The translations under genes were made by a program, and so were the position numbers. This document shows, in pieces, positions 12,376 through 25,212 of a stretch of 64,000 nucleotides of DNA. The stretch is taken from positions 110,794,001 to 110,858,000 of the forward strand of contig NC_043002.1 in the NCBI RefSeq assembly GCF_006345805.1. Reading direction: 5' to 3'. The first letter of the stretch is position 1. Each line of letters opens with the position of its first letter. Source of the stretch: Octopus sinensis. Lineage: Eukaryota. The notes below the pieces were generated by a model. The model searched no databases. It was not told the DNA's origin and was given only the letters and a program-made list of their open reading frames with translations.

Positions 12376-13139
12376 TTAACAGACCAACTAGGAATCTTAT
12401 ATGTAGTACTTAATCTTCTAAAATTAATGGCCAAATCTCCTTAAAAAAAAAGTGGAGTACACATTGGATTATATGTCTGAATAAAAAAAAATGATGGTAT
12501 GGTCATGGTTGGCATGCCTGTGATCATTTGCTCAACCTGAGGTGACCTGGGAATAAACAACTACCTCCACCTGGTTATAAATACCATCTGTTTTATAAGT
12601 AAGGCAACATTTAAACATTAATGTGTTAGGTTCTGCTTTACATATGAGACAATTGGTATCTAAATGATGAACATAGCTTACCGATATTTGCAGGAGTAGG
12701 AATACCATAACCTTTTGTCTTCTTGCTGTGTCGGCTTCTTATCTTTCTAAAGAGAAAATAGACACTATTAGTCACAGCATTATCTAAAATATACCAAGAA
12801 TCAGTGTTACATTGATGCCCCTCTGCATTGTCGTAATCAAGCAGTCAATGAGATGAGTAGTAAAGAAAATAATGGTCGACCTCAGTGGAATTTGAGGAGT
12901 CATGCAGAGTCATCCTACAAAGCCTAAGATATTTCTGCTCCTCACAGCAGACCCAGTAGATTTCATTTTCATTTTTTAATCACTCTGGGTTCCAGATGCA
13001 AATTTACTTTAAATATTATATATTTTTTGCCTGAATATGCAATGCTGAAATTGTGGTGCATCTAATATGCCTGTGCATCTTTTATGCCATCAAATATGGT
13101 ATTTATACAGTTTGGGGCTTGTTTAATTAACCAAATAAA

Positions 13140-13366
13140 GGCGGCGAACTGGCAGAGTCGTTAACACGCCGGGCGAAATGCATAGCCGTATTTCGTCTGC
13201 CGTTACGTTCTGGGTTCAAATTCCGCTGAGGTCGACTTTGCCTTTCATCCTTTCGAGGTCGATAAATTAAGTACCAGTTACGCACTGGGGTCGATGTAAT
13301 CGACTTAATCCCTTTGTCCTTGTTTGTCCCCTCTGTGTTTAGCCCCTTGTGGGTAGTAAAGAAATA
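13140..13366 (+). mobile_element. SINE family B
   Basis: Match to 11781-12012, with imperfect TSD taatta(a/g)ccaaa. Confidence 0.9.
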
Positions 13367-13568
13367 TAATTAGCCAAAAGATATTAGAATTTTCCGTTGC
13401 TGTTGGACAAGTTGTTAATTATATTTTTTAATATTTTTTTTTTATTGATAACATCCTTAGTAGCAAACCTTGACATCATACCTGACAAATAGCAGATTAA
13501 TCAAATCTCTAGTTTTTCACCTGCATCGCTTTTTATATTTTTGTCTATTGAAAATACCATGTTAATTA

Positions 13569-13709
13569 TTAGGTTGTCCCAAAAGTTCATAAACACTTGC
13601 GAAAATTGAATTTTTACTCGCCAAGTACTAACAAAAACAACAAAAGTTTTTCCTCAAAATAAAGACCATTATTTTCCAAGACTTTCTACGAACTTTTGGG
13701 ACAGCCTTA
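13569..13709. mobile_element. Mariner-like MITE
   Basis: TA|ttaggttgtcccaaaagttc ... gaacttttgggacagcctta|TA. Confidence 0.8.
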
Positions 13710-13804
13710 TATTACATATAGATATATATTGCAAACTCAAATATATTTTCATTTTTAGTTTTAACGTTTTTTTTCTTCCTTTTGATAATTTATTTATTTG
13801 GCAG

Positions 13805-13927
13805 CATGAAAGATTATCTAGCCCTGTTCAATTTTTATGTGATATAATTGATTCTCTGGAAGAAACATTTAACTCTAGTGATGGTGAAGGATCTGAAACT
13901 ACAAGCTCAAAGTCAAAATTTTATTTG
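13805..13927 (+). CDS. DNMBP: Candidate DNMBP-like linker exon (Ser/acidic)
   Basis: Long T-rich tract then ttttggcag| ... TTG|gtaact. Open phase 0-0, 123 nt: HERLSSPVQFLCDIIDSLEETFNSSDGEGSETTSSKSKFYL. No homology recognised; supported by splice signals and frame only. Confidence 0.6.
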
Positions 13928-14299
13928 GTAACTTCTTCACAGCTGCCCTTCTCTTTTCCCTTTTCAACTTTTATAATAGAAAGCAAAATCTTCAAAAAGT
14001 CTTCACTTCTGACTTATAACACTCTCTTCGAATAACACAAATCTTTATTTACTTTTATTTTCTACCATGCATTTCTAATATGCATTATCAAATTATAGGT
14101 TTGATACATGTTCAATGCACTAGTTCAATGCACTTTTAATTTTTTGACAATGAAAGTGTCAAGGGAGTGTTTGTGCTATTCAGTGAAATAAATACCACAG
14201 AATATCTTTGTTCAGCACATTGTTCAACCAGTAATTTTCATTCTCATGTGTATATTGTTTGCTACTATACACATTCATATATATATATATATATATATA

Positions 14300-14622
14300 G
14301 TGAAGGCGCATGGCTTAGTGGTTAGGGCATTCGGCTGACGATTGTAAGGTCGTGAGTTCGATTCCCGGCGATGCGTTGTGTCCTTGAGCAAGACACTTTA
14401 TTTCACGTTGCTCCAGTCCACTCAGCTGGCAAAAATGAGTTGTACCTGTATTTCAAAGGGCCCGCCTTGTCACACTCTGTGTCACGCTGAATCTCCCTAA
14501 GAACTACGTTAAGGGTACTCGTGTCTGTGGATTGCTCAGTCACTTGCACGTTAATTCCACAAGCAAGCTGTTCCGTTGATCGTATCAGCTGAGACCCTCA
14601 TTATCGTAACCAATGGAATGCT
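14300..14622 (+). mobile_element. SINE family D (different head, tail type 1)
   Basis: Head gtgaaggcgcatggcttagtggttagggcattc, core tgtccttgagcaagacactt. The 3' part is shared with family C tail 1. Confidence 0.85.
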
Positions 14623-14664
14623 CCTACCTACCTTATATATATATATACTATGTATATTTATGTG

Positions 14665-14696
<32 letters not shown>

Positions 14697-14892
14697 ATAT
14701 TTATGTATAAAAAAGAAAAAAAGAACACAGAAAATGTAATTGGGTTTAATGCTTTATGTAATGTGCACCTGTTTCATAAGCCAGGTAAAACATCAATTAT
14801 ATGACCATAAAACTTAGCTTAAAAACTTAATTATACGAACAAATACTTAGCATTTTTGCTGAGTAATGTTGATGAATGGTATCACCAGCATA

Positions 14893-15294
14893 TTACTCTT
14901 TTACTCTTTTCAGTCATTTGACTGCAGCCATGCTGGAGCACCGCCTTTAGTCGAGCAAATCGACCCCATGACTTATTCTTTGCAAGCCCAGTACTTATTC
15001 TATCGGTCTCTTTTGCCGAACCGCTAAGTGATGGGGACGTAAACACACCAGCATTGGTTGTCAAGCAATGCTAGGGGGACAAACACAGACACACACACAC
15101 ACATGCACATATATATATACATACATATATACGACAGGCTTCTTTCAGTTTCCGTCTACCAAATCCACTCACAAGGCATTGGTCGGCCTGAGGCTATAGC
15201 AGAAGACACTTGCCCAAGATGTCACGCAGTGGGACCGAACCCGGAACCATGTGGTTGGTAAGCAAGCTACTTACCACACAGCCACTCCTGCGCC
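14893..15294 (-). mobile_element. SINE family A
   Basis: Full-length match to 633-1028. Confidence 0.9.
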
Positions 15295-15854
15295 TATATG
15301 CTCGAGAAACTAAGTTTTACACTTATGAATTGATATTTTACTGGCCTTATGAAACACATGTACATTCTATCAAATAGTCATACTGCTTATGTTTTTTTGT
15401 GTTCTTTTTGTTTTTATATATGGCATGCATACTTCACGCACTCACCCATCTGGGGTTATGAGAATTGTGCAACCACAATGAAGAATGGAACTGAATGTGG
15501 ATCGAATCTGTAGCACAAGGTGCAATAGGATCAAACCTGGAACTTATAAGTGTAGTTGTAAAGTCTTCGTGGCACACAGCTATGTCTTCCTCCATATCTA
15601 ACACTCACCTTCATCTATCTATTATGCTTGTACCTATTAACTCTGAGTGTCATCCAAATATTGCCTTTATATCTAACCCTGCAAACACTGAAGTGGTGAT
15701 AAGCTGTTGATGGCTGAAGACTGCAATCTAGTTTTGGTTCGCACCAAAAACGTCAGAACTTTCGCTTCTTTGTGGTCTGTTTCTTGATTACTCCTTTATC
15801 TTGGATGTGTTATTTCACATGCTTCGAAAGTCTTTAGGTGATTAGTATTGAAAT

Positions 15855-16244
15855 GTGGAGGCGCAATGGCCCAGTGGTTAGGGCAGCGGACTCGCGGTCA
15901 TAGGATCGCAGTTTCGATTCCCAGACCGGGCGTTGTGAGTGTTTATTGAGCGAAAACACCTAAAGCTCCACGAGGCTCCAGCAGGGGATGGTGGTGATCC
16001 CTGCTGTACTCTTTCACCACAACTTTCTCTCACTCTTACTTCCTGTTTCTGTTGTACCTGTATTTCAAAGGGCCGGCCTTGTCACTCTCTGTGTCACGCT
16101 TAATATCCCCGAGAACTATGTTAAGGGTACACGTGTCTGTGGAGTGCTCAGCCACTTACACGTTAATTTCACGAGCAGGCTGTTCCGTTGATTCGGATCA
16201 ACTGGAACCCTCGTCGTCGTAACCGATGGAGTGTTTCCACCACG
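15855..16244 (+). mobile_element. SINE family C (tail type 1) with TSD gtattgaaat
   Basis: Head ggaggcgcaatggcccagtggttagggcagcggactcgc...gtttcgattccc. TSD at 15845-15854 and 16245-16254. Confidence 0.92.
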
Positions 16245-19200
16245 GTATTGAAATAGTGAATATTGAGAGAATATTAATTCTAATATTTCATTTCTTTAAA
16301 ATGACAGTATTGTTGTCGTTTGGGACAATAGACAAGTGATTGAAACACTAGAATTGGTTGGTAAAGTAAATACTCTCAGTTCAATCCTTGGCCTAGATTA
16401 GGAATATCACCTGAAGAGTATTGGACAGATTAGTATTGAAATAGTGAATATTGAGAGAAAATGAATTCTAATATTTCATTTCTTTATAATGACAGTGTTG
16501 TTGTCCTTGGTACAATAGACAAGTGACTGAAACACTAGACTTGGTTGGTAAAGTAAATACTCTCAGTTCAATCCTTGGCCTAGATTAGGAATATCACCTG
16601 AAGAGTATTGGACAGATTAGTATTGAAATAGTGAATATTGAGAGAAAATGAATTCTAATATTTCATTTCTTTATAATGACAGTGTTGTTGTCCTTGGGAC
16701 AATAGACAAGTGACTGAAACACTAGACTTGGTTGGTAAAGTAAATACTCTCAGTTCAATCCTTGGCCTAGATTAGGAATATCACCTGAGAGTATTGGACA
16801 GATTAGTATTGAAATAGTGAATATTGAGAGAAAATGAATTCTAATATTTCATTTCTTTATAATGACAGTGTTGTTGTCCTTGGGACAATAGACAAGTGAC
16901 TGAAACACTAGACTTGGTTGGTAAAGTAAATACTCTCAGTTCAATCCTTGGCCTAGATTAGGAATATCACCTGAAGAGTATTGGACAGATTAGTATTGAA
17001 ATAGTGAATATTGAGAGAAAATGAATTCTAATATTTCATTTCTTTAAAATGACAGTATTGTTGTCCTTTGGGACAATAGACAAGTGACTGAAACACTAGA
17101 CTTGGTTGGTAAAGTAAATACTCTCAGTTCAATCCTTGGCCTAGATTAGGAATATCACCTGAAGAGTATTGGACAGATTAGTATTGAAATAGTGAATATT
17201 GAGAGAAAATGAATTCTAATATTTCATTTCTTTAAAATGACAGTATTGTTGTCCTTTGGGACAATAGACAAGTGACTGAAACACTAGACTTGGTTGGTAA
17301 AGTAAATACTCTCAGTTCAATCCTTGGCCTAGATTAGGAATATCACCTGAAGAGTATTGGACAGATTAGTATTGAAATAGTGAATATTGAGAGAAAATGA
17401 ATTCCAATATTTCATTTCTTTAAAATGACAGTATTGTTGTCCTTTGGGACAATAGACAAGGATTGAAACACTAGACTTGGTGGTAAAGTAAATACTCTCA
17501 GTTCAATCCTTGGCCTAGATTAGGAATATCACCTGAAGAGTATTGGACAGATTAGTATTGAAATAGTGAATATTGAGAGAAAATGAATTCTAATATTTCA
17601 TTTCTTTAAAATGACAGTATTGTTGTCCTTTGGGACAATAGACAAGGGATTGAAACACTAGACTTGGTTGGTAAAGTAAATACTCTTAGTTCAATCCTTG
17701 GCCTAGATTAGGAATATCACCTGAAGAGTATTGGACAGATTAGTATTGAAATAGTGAATATTGAGAGAAAATGAATTCTAATATTTCATTTCTTTAAAAT
17801 GACAGTATTGTTGTCCTTTGGGACAATAGACAAGGGATTGAAACACTAGACTTGGTTGGTAAAGTAAATACTCTCAGTTCAATCCTTGGCCTAGATTAGG
17901 AATATCACCTGAAGAGTATTGGACAGATTAGTATTGAAATAGTGAATATTGAGAGAAAATGAATTCTAATATTTCATTTCTTTAAAATGACAGTATTGTT
18001 GTCCTTTGGGACAATAGACAAGTGACTGAAACACTAGTATTGGTTGGTAAAGTAAATACTCTCAGTTCAATCCTTGGCCTAGATTAGGAATATCACCTGA
18101 AGAGTATTGGACAGATTAGTATTGAAATAGTGAATATTGAGAGAAAATGAATTCTAATATTTCATTTCTTTATAATGACAGTATTGTTGTCCTTGGGACA
18201 ATAGACAAGTGACTGAAACACTAGACTTGGTTGGTAAAGTAAATACTCTCAGTTCAATCCTTGGCCTAGATTAGGAATATCACCTGAAGAGTATTGGACA
18301 GATTAGTATTGAAATAGTGAATATTGAGAGAAAATGAATTCTAATATTTCATTTCTTTAAAATGACAGTATTGTTGTCCTTTGGGACAATAGACAAGTGA
18401 CTGAAACACTAGACTTGGTTGGTAAAGTAATACTCTCAGTTCAATCCTTGGCCTAGATTAGGAATATCACCTGAAGAGTATTGGACAGATTAGTATTGAA
18501 ATAGTGAATATTGAGAGAAAATGAATTCTACTATTTCATTTCTTTAAAATGACAGTATTGTTGTCCTTTGGGACAATAGACAAGTGACTGAAACACTAGA
18601 CTTGGTTGGTAAAGTAAATACTCTCAGTTCAATCCTTGGCCTAGATTAGGAATATCACCTGAAGAGTATTGGACAGATTAGTATTGAAATAGTGAATATT
18701 AAGAGAAAATGAATTCTAATATTTCATTTCTTTAAAATGACAGTATTGTTGTCCTTGGGACAATAGACAAGTGACTGAAACACTAGACTTGGTTGGTAAA
18801 GTAAATACTCTCAGTTCAATCCTTGGCCTAGATTAGGAATATCACCTGAAGAGTATTGGACAGATTAGTATTGAAATAGTGAATATTGAGAGAAAATGAA
18901 TTCTAATATTTCATTTCTTTAAAATGACAGTATTGTTGTCCTTGGGACAATAGACAAGTGACTGAAACACTAGACTTGGTTGGTAAAGTAAATACTCTCA
19001 GTTCAATCCTTGGCCTAGATTAGGAATATCACCTGAAGAGTATTGGACAGATTAGTATTGAAATAGTGAATATTGAGAGAAAATGAATTCCAATATTTCA
19101 TTTCTTTAAAATGACAGTATTGTTGTCCTTTGGGACAATAGACAAGGGATTGAAACACTAGACTTGGTTGGTAAAGTAAATACTCTCAGTTCAATCCTTG

Positions 19201-21302
19201 GCCTAGATTAGGAATATCACCTGAAGAGTATTGGACAGATTAGTATTGAAATAGTGAATATTGAGAGAAAATGAATTCTAATATTTCATTTCTTTAAAAT
19301 GACAGTATTGTTGTCCTTTGGGACAATAGACAAGTGACTGAAACACTAGACTTGGTTGGTAAAGTAAATACTCTCAGTTCAATCCTTGGCCTAGATTAGG
19401 AATATCACCTGAAGAGTATTGGACAGATTAGTATTGAAATAGTGAATATTGAGAGAAAATGAATTCTAATATTTCATTTCTTTAAAATGACAGTATTGTT
19501 GTCCTTGGGACAATAGACAAGTGACTGAAACACTAGACTTTTGGTTGGTAAGTAAATACTCTCAGTTCAATCCTTGGCCTAGATTAGGAATATCACCTGG
19601 AGAGTATTGGACAGATTAGTATTGAAATAGTGAATATTGAGAGAAAATGAATTCTAATATTTCATTTCTTTAAAATGACAGTATTGTTGTCCTTTGGGAC
19701 AATAGACAAGGGATTGAAACACTAGACTTGGTTGGTAAAGTAAATACTCTCAGTTCAATCCTTGGCCTAGATTAGGAATATCACCTGAAGAGTATTGGAC
19801 AGATTAGTATTGAAATAGTGAATATTGAGAGAAAATGAATTCTAATATTTCATTTCTTTAAAATGACAGTATTGTTGTCCTTTGGGACAATAGACAAGGG
19901 ATTGAAACACTAGACTTGGTTGGTAAAGTAAATACTCTTAGTTCAATCCTTGGCCTAGATTAGGAATATCACCTGGAGAGTATTGGACAGATTAGTATTG
20001 AAATAGTGAATATTGAGAGAAAATGAATTCTAATATTTCATTTCTTTAAAATGACAGTATTGTTGTCCTTGGTACAATAGACAAGTGACTGAAACACTAG
20101 ACTTGGTTGGTAAAGTAAATACTCTCAGTTCAATCCTTGGCCTAGATTAGGAATATCACCTGAAGAGTATTGGACAGATTAGTATTGAAATAGTGAATAT
20201 TGAGAGAAAATGAATTCTAATATTTCATTTCTTTATAATGACAGTGTTGTTGTCCTTGGGACAATAGACAAGTGACTGAAACACTAGACTTGGTTGGTAA
20301 AGTAAATACTCTCAGTTCAATCCTTGCCTAGATTAGGAATATCACCTGAAGAGTATTGGACAGATTAGTATTGAAATAGTGAATATTGAGAGAAAATGAA
20401 TTCTAATATTTCATTTCTTTATAATGACAGTGTGTTGTCCTTGGGACAATAGACAAGTGACTGAAACACTAGACTTGGTTGGTAAAGTAAATACTCTCAG
20501 TTCAATCCTTGCCTAGATTAGGAATATCACCTGAAGAGTATTGGACAGATTAGTATTGAAATAGTGAATATTGAGAGAAAATGAATTCTAATATTTCATT
20601 TCTTTTTAATGACAGTATTGTTGTCCTTTGGGACAATAGACAAGTGACTGAAACACTAGACTTGGTTGGTAAAGTAAATACTCTCAGTTCAATCCTTGGC
20701 CTAGATTAGGAATATCACCTGAAGAGTATTGGACAGATTAGTATTGAAATAGTGAATATTGAGAGAAAATGAATTCTAATATTTCATTTCTTTAAAATGA
20801 CAGTATTGTTGTCCTTTGGGACAATAGACAAGTGACTGAAACACTAGACTTGGTTGGTAAAGTAAATACTCTCAGTTCAATCCTTGGCCTAGATTAGGAT
20901 ATCACCTGAAGAGTATTGGACAGATTAGTATTGAAATAGTGAATATTGAGAGAAAATGAATTCCAATATTTCATTTCTTTAAAATGACAGTATTGTTGTC
21001 CTTTGGGACAATAGACAAGGGATTGAAACACTAGACTTGGTTGGTAAAGTAAATACTCTCAGTTCAATCCTTGGCCTAGATTAGGAATATCACCTGAAGA
21101 GTATTGGACAGATTAGTATTGAAATAGTGAATATTGAGAGAAAATGAATTCTAATATTTCATTTCTTTAAAATGACAGTATTGTTGTCCTTGGGACAATA
21201 GACAAGTGACTGAAACACTAGACTTGGTTGGTAAAGTAAATACTCTCAGTTCAATCCTTGGCCTAGATTAGGAATATCACCTGAAGAGTATTGGACAGAT
21301 TA
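16245..21302. repeat. Tandem array (satellite), 27 copies of a 187/188-bp unit, intronic
   Basis: Unit gtattgaaatagtgaatattgagag...gagtattggacagatta starts at 16245, 16433, 16620 ... 21116 and ends at 21302. Copies differ by a few recurrent variants. Confidence 0.98.
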
Positions 21303-21972
21303 ACAATTGAAACAGTGTGTCTACCACACATCCAAGATGATGAAATGCTCAAGAAAACAAATCCTTGTGAAAAGACATTTCTTTCTTAATGTTATTTAGA
21401 TACAAATATCACCGACTTCCCAACTCAATTAATTCCTCTACCTCTCATCCAAATACCATTCCTGTTGTGCCACATTGAAAAGAATTCACACAAAAAACAC
21501 TCTTTTACCAATTTTTCCTTTTTCAGTGCTTCAGCCAGTGCAATTATCTTGCAACTCACATTTCCTTCCATAGATATTTCATGCATAGCATTGACACTGA
21601 ACCATCAACTACATCCAGCTCTGAGATTTTTGAAGGGCCTACAAAGGTCATGCATCATGCCTCTCCTGCTCTGAATAATTATTAAAAAAGTAGACCCATT
21701 TCCAGCTACCCGATACCAAGCTTACCCCCTCTTACTATACTTCTTACTTTGTATTGAGTTCTTTTTTTTTCACTCTTTCCAATTGTCACTTTTAACTGAT
21801 TCTTTCAGTTCGATTTTTTTTAAATGCCACTTTCCATTTCTTTTTTAACGATTCCCATCCCTTTCTTTTTAATTCCTGTTTTCCATTACTTATTTTTTAA
21901 TTGCTATTTTCTACATTTCTCTTTAAGACTGAGTTTTTTTTCAGTCTTATTGCAGCATCCTTTACACTAACC

Positions 21973-22370
21973 TACTCTTTACTCTTTTACTTGTTTCAGT
22001 CATTTGAGTGCGGCCATGCTGGAGCACCGCCTTTAATCGAGCAAATCGACCCCGGGACTTATTCGTTTGTAAGCCCAGTACTTATTCTATCGGTCTCTTT
22101 TGCCGAACCGCTAAGTAACGGGGACATAAACACACCATCATCGGTTGTCAGGCAATGCTAGGGGACAAACACAGACACACAAACACACACACACACGCAC
22201 ATATATATATATATATATATATACATATATACGACGGGCTTCTTTCAGTTTCCGTCTACCAAATCCACTCACAAGTAGAAGACACTTGCCCAAGGTGCCA
22301 CGCAGTGGGACTGAACCCGGAACCATGTGGTTGGTAGACAAGCTACTTACCACACAGCCACTCCTGCGCC
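21973..22370 (-). mobile_element. SINE family A (small internal deletion)
   Basis: Match to other family A copies. A more degenerate copy follows at about 22555-22810. Confidence 0.88.
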
Positions 22371-23032
22371 TACATTTTCTCACAGTACATACATATAAAT
22401 ATATACACACACACACGTGTGTGTGTGTACACCTACGTATATGCATGTACCACCCACATACACACATATTCACACACATCTTTCTTTTATCTTTTACTTG
22501 AAGAATTTTTTATTTAAATGAATTGAGCCCAGTATTTTTTTCTTTTTTAGCCTGGTACTTTTGAAATAAACACACCAACACCTGTTGTCAAGGGGTTGTG
22601 GGATAGAAACACAGACACACAAAGACCACACACACATATATATATATACAACAAGCTTCTTTCAGTTTCCATCTACCAAATCCACTTACAAAGTTTTGGT
22701 CGACCCCGAGGCTTTAGTAGAAGACACCTGCCCAAAGTACCATGCTGTGGGACTGAACCCAGAACAATGTGGTTGGGAAGCAAGCTTCTTAGCACTCGGC
22801 CACGCATGCACCTACACTCATGCACACACACACACACATACATACACACATAAAACCATCTTCGCATGTTTGGATCAGAAGGAGTATGTTGTGGCAGATT
22901 TTCTGTAGCTTGATGCCTTCCTGTCACCAAACCTCTTTTGTTTCCAAACAAGGTCATATTTCTCTTTGATCTCGATTGGAAATGAATGACACCTCTTATA
23001 TGGTGCAACATGAAGATTAGGCAACACACACA

Positions 23033-23085
<53 letters not shown>

Positions 23086-23088
<3 letters not shown>

Positions 23089-23345
23089 CATCATCATCAT
23101 CATCATTGTTCGACCGTGGTCGAGACAATGGAATTTACCATGCTACGCCAGACTTCATGGTCCATCATGGCATTACGGAGGTCCTGTTGCTGGATGCCTC
23201 TATCCCTGGAGATTACATTAGGGTAGGAGAGTGTGCGCCCTCTGGTATTGCGAGTAGATTGCTTCCAGAGGAGAAGAGTAGAAATTACTTCTTTTTCAGC
23301 TCTACAACAATGTCCAGCAAACTGGACTCTCCTACCTTTCACACA
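23086..23345 (-). mobile_element. LINE (RTE-related) C-terminal fragment with (TGA)n tail
   Basis: RRVQFAGHCCRAEKEVISTLLLW...RGRTLSYP...AMMDHEVW...*. Confidence 0.8.
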
Positions 23346-23653
23346 CACACACATACATACATAGAGGATATGTAATGAGACTTTTGAATATCAGGTGTTG
23401 CTAAGTTAAGATAAGAAGAGCCACATATATATTTTGGCTAAATTATAAGAAAACGTGTGCGTGCACAAAATTTACATAGTATAAGTTTCTTAGATTCTCT
23501 CATTTATACATCTCTATAGTGTTTTAGGAAGCTCAGTATTATCTTGGTGACTGCACATTGTGACTTCAAGAGCTGCATGTAGCTTGAAGGCCACATTTTG
23601 GCTTCTGTTGATGAATATCAAGATTATGGCCAAAAGAAAATACCTCAGAGGAA

Positions 23654-24124
23654 TACTCTCTTTACTCTTTTGCTCTTTTGCTTGTTTCAGTCATTTGACT
23701 GCGGCCATGCTGGAGCACTGCCTTTAGTCGAGCAAATCGACCCCGGTACTTATTCTTTGGAAGCCCAGTACTTATTCTATCGGTCTCTTTTGCCGAACCG
23801 CTAAGTGACGGGGATGTAAACACACCAGCATCGGTTGTCAAGCAATGCTAGGGGGACAAACACAGACACACAAACACACACATATATATATATATACATA
23901 TATATATATGTCCAACCCATGCTAGCATGGAAAGCGGACGTTAAACGATGATGATGATATACGACGGGCTTCTTTCAGTTTCCGTCTACCAAATCCACTC
24001 ACAAGGCATTGGTCGGCCAGGGACTATAGCAGAAGACACTTGCCCAAGGTGCCACGTAGTGGGACTGAACCCGGAACCATGTGGTTGGTTAGCAAGCTAC
24101 TTACCACACAGCCACTCCTGCGCC
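23654..24124 (-). mobile_element. SINE family A carrying a nested RTE 3' tail
   Basis: Family A match with aatactct-like flanking duplication. Insert at about 23910-23958. Confidence 0.88.
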
Positions 24125-25212
24125 TATGTAATACTCTACATATTAAATATAAAATCAGTAGTTCTTACGTACGTAATATACAAAAGCGAGAAAACTTTGG
24201 TTTGCAGCTTATCCATGCAATTAATAGACAAATCTCCCTGAAGAAACTAAAATGAACAAGGGAGATAACACCACCTAGATCTGTATACAGATTTTCTACA
24301 TTTTCTAAATATTTTAATCTTTTTTTTTGGAGTTAACTCCCTTGCTTCTATTTTAGATTTTCAAGTTCTCTCAGAGGGAGTATTGTTTAATAATTATGTG
24401 AATAATCTCAATTAATTGAAGTTTTTCAACTTTCTGTATTTAATATGTAAGAGCCTACCATATGTGATACACTTTTACTTACTAATCAGTTGTATAGTCA
24501 ACTTTATATGACTCTCTAAAACTTGTATTTATATGCTTTATATTAACAATTCTGCAAAATGGAGAGTATATTCAACTTTACATGCTTACTAATGTCTGTA
24601 TTCAATTTTATACTACTCTCTACTAAGTGGTGTAAATGTTTGACAATATTTTCTGATTCTTGATGTGTATACTCACTTTTAAAACATTTATATATGATGA
24701 TGTGTGTGTGTAATCTTTGTTTCACAAGATTCTTTATGTACAAACATGTTGAAACCTATACTGTATTTTTGCAGTCATTTATGCTACTGAAAACGTGTTA
24801 TTTGTAATTAACATTTTTATTACCCATTAATTGATTTAGTATCCTTTTGCAGTACAACTGTAGCTTTTTCGTTGATCTCTCAGAATTAATTTTAAAAAGA
24901 AGTTTAAAATCAAAATTGTTGTATAAGAGATGTGTGGTTGTGGCTAAGTTAACACTGAATAAGCCATTATTGTAATCCTTCACTTACCTCTTTCTCTCTT
25001 GTTCCATCTCTGTCCCTCCTCTCTCTCACTTTGTACCTCTCCTTTCAACCTTTTCACCTCTTCGATTGAAGTAAGTGTGACACACACTACAGGTACGTAC
25101 AAAAACAAACAAAATTAAGTATATTAATATTATTGATAATACAACCAAGGAAAGGGGAAGTTATGTCCATAGTGAATTCATACACTATAACACAATTATA
25201 TTATGCAATATA

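Noticed and set aside
15855-15930. tRNA genes at SINE heads (also 14300, 26344, 29075, 48001, 57709)
   Set aside because: A/B-box-like heads continue into SINE bodies with tails and TSDs; no complete cloverleaf is evident.
16245-21302. CRISPR array
   Set aside because: Contiguous near-identical units with no unique spacers, no cas genes, and a eukaryotic intron context.
23582-24255. Short ORF restored by removing the SINE
   Set aside because: No recognisable homology, weak acceptor and no donor; compatible with chance.
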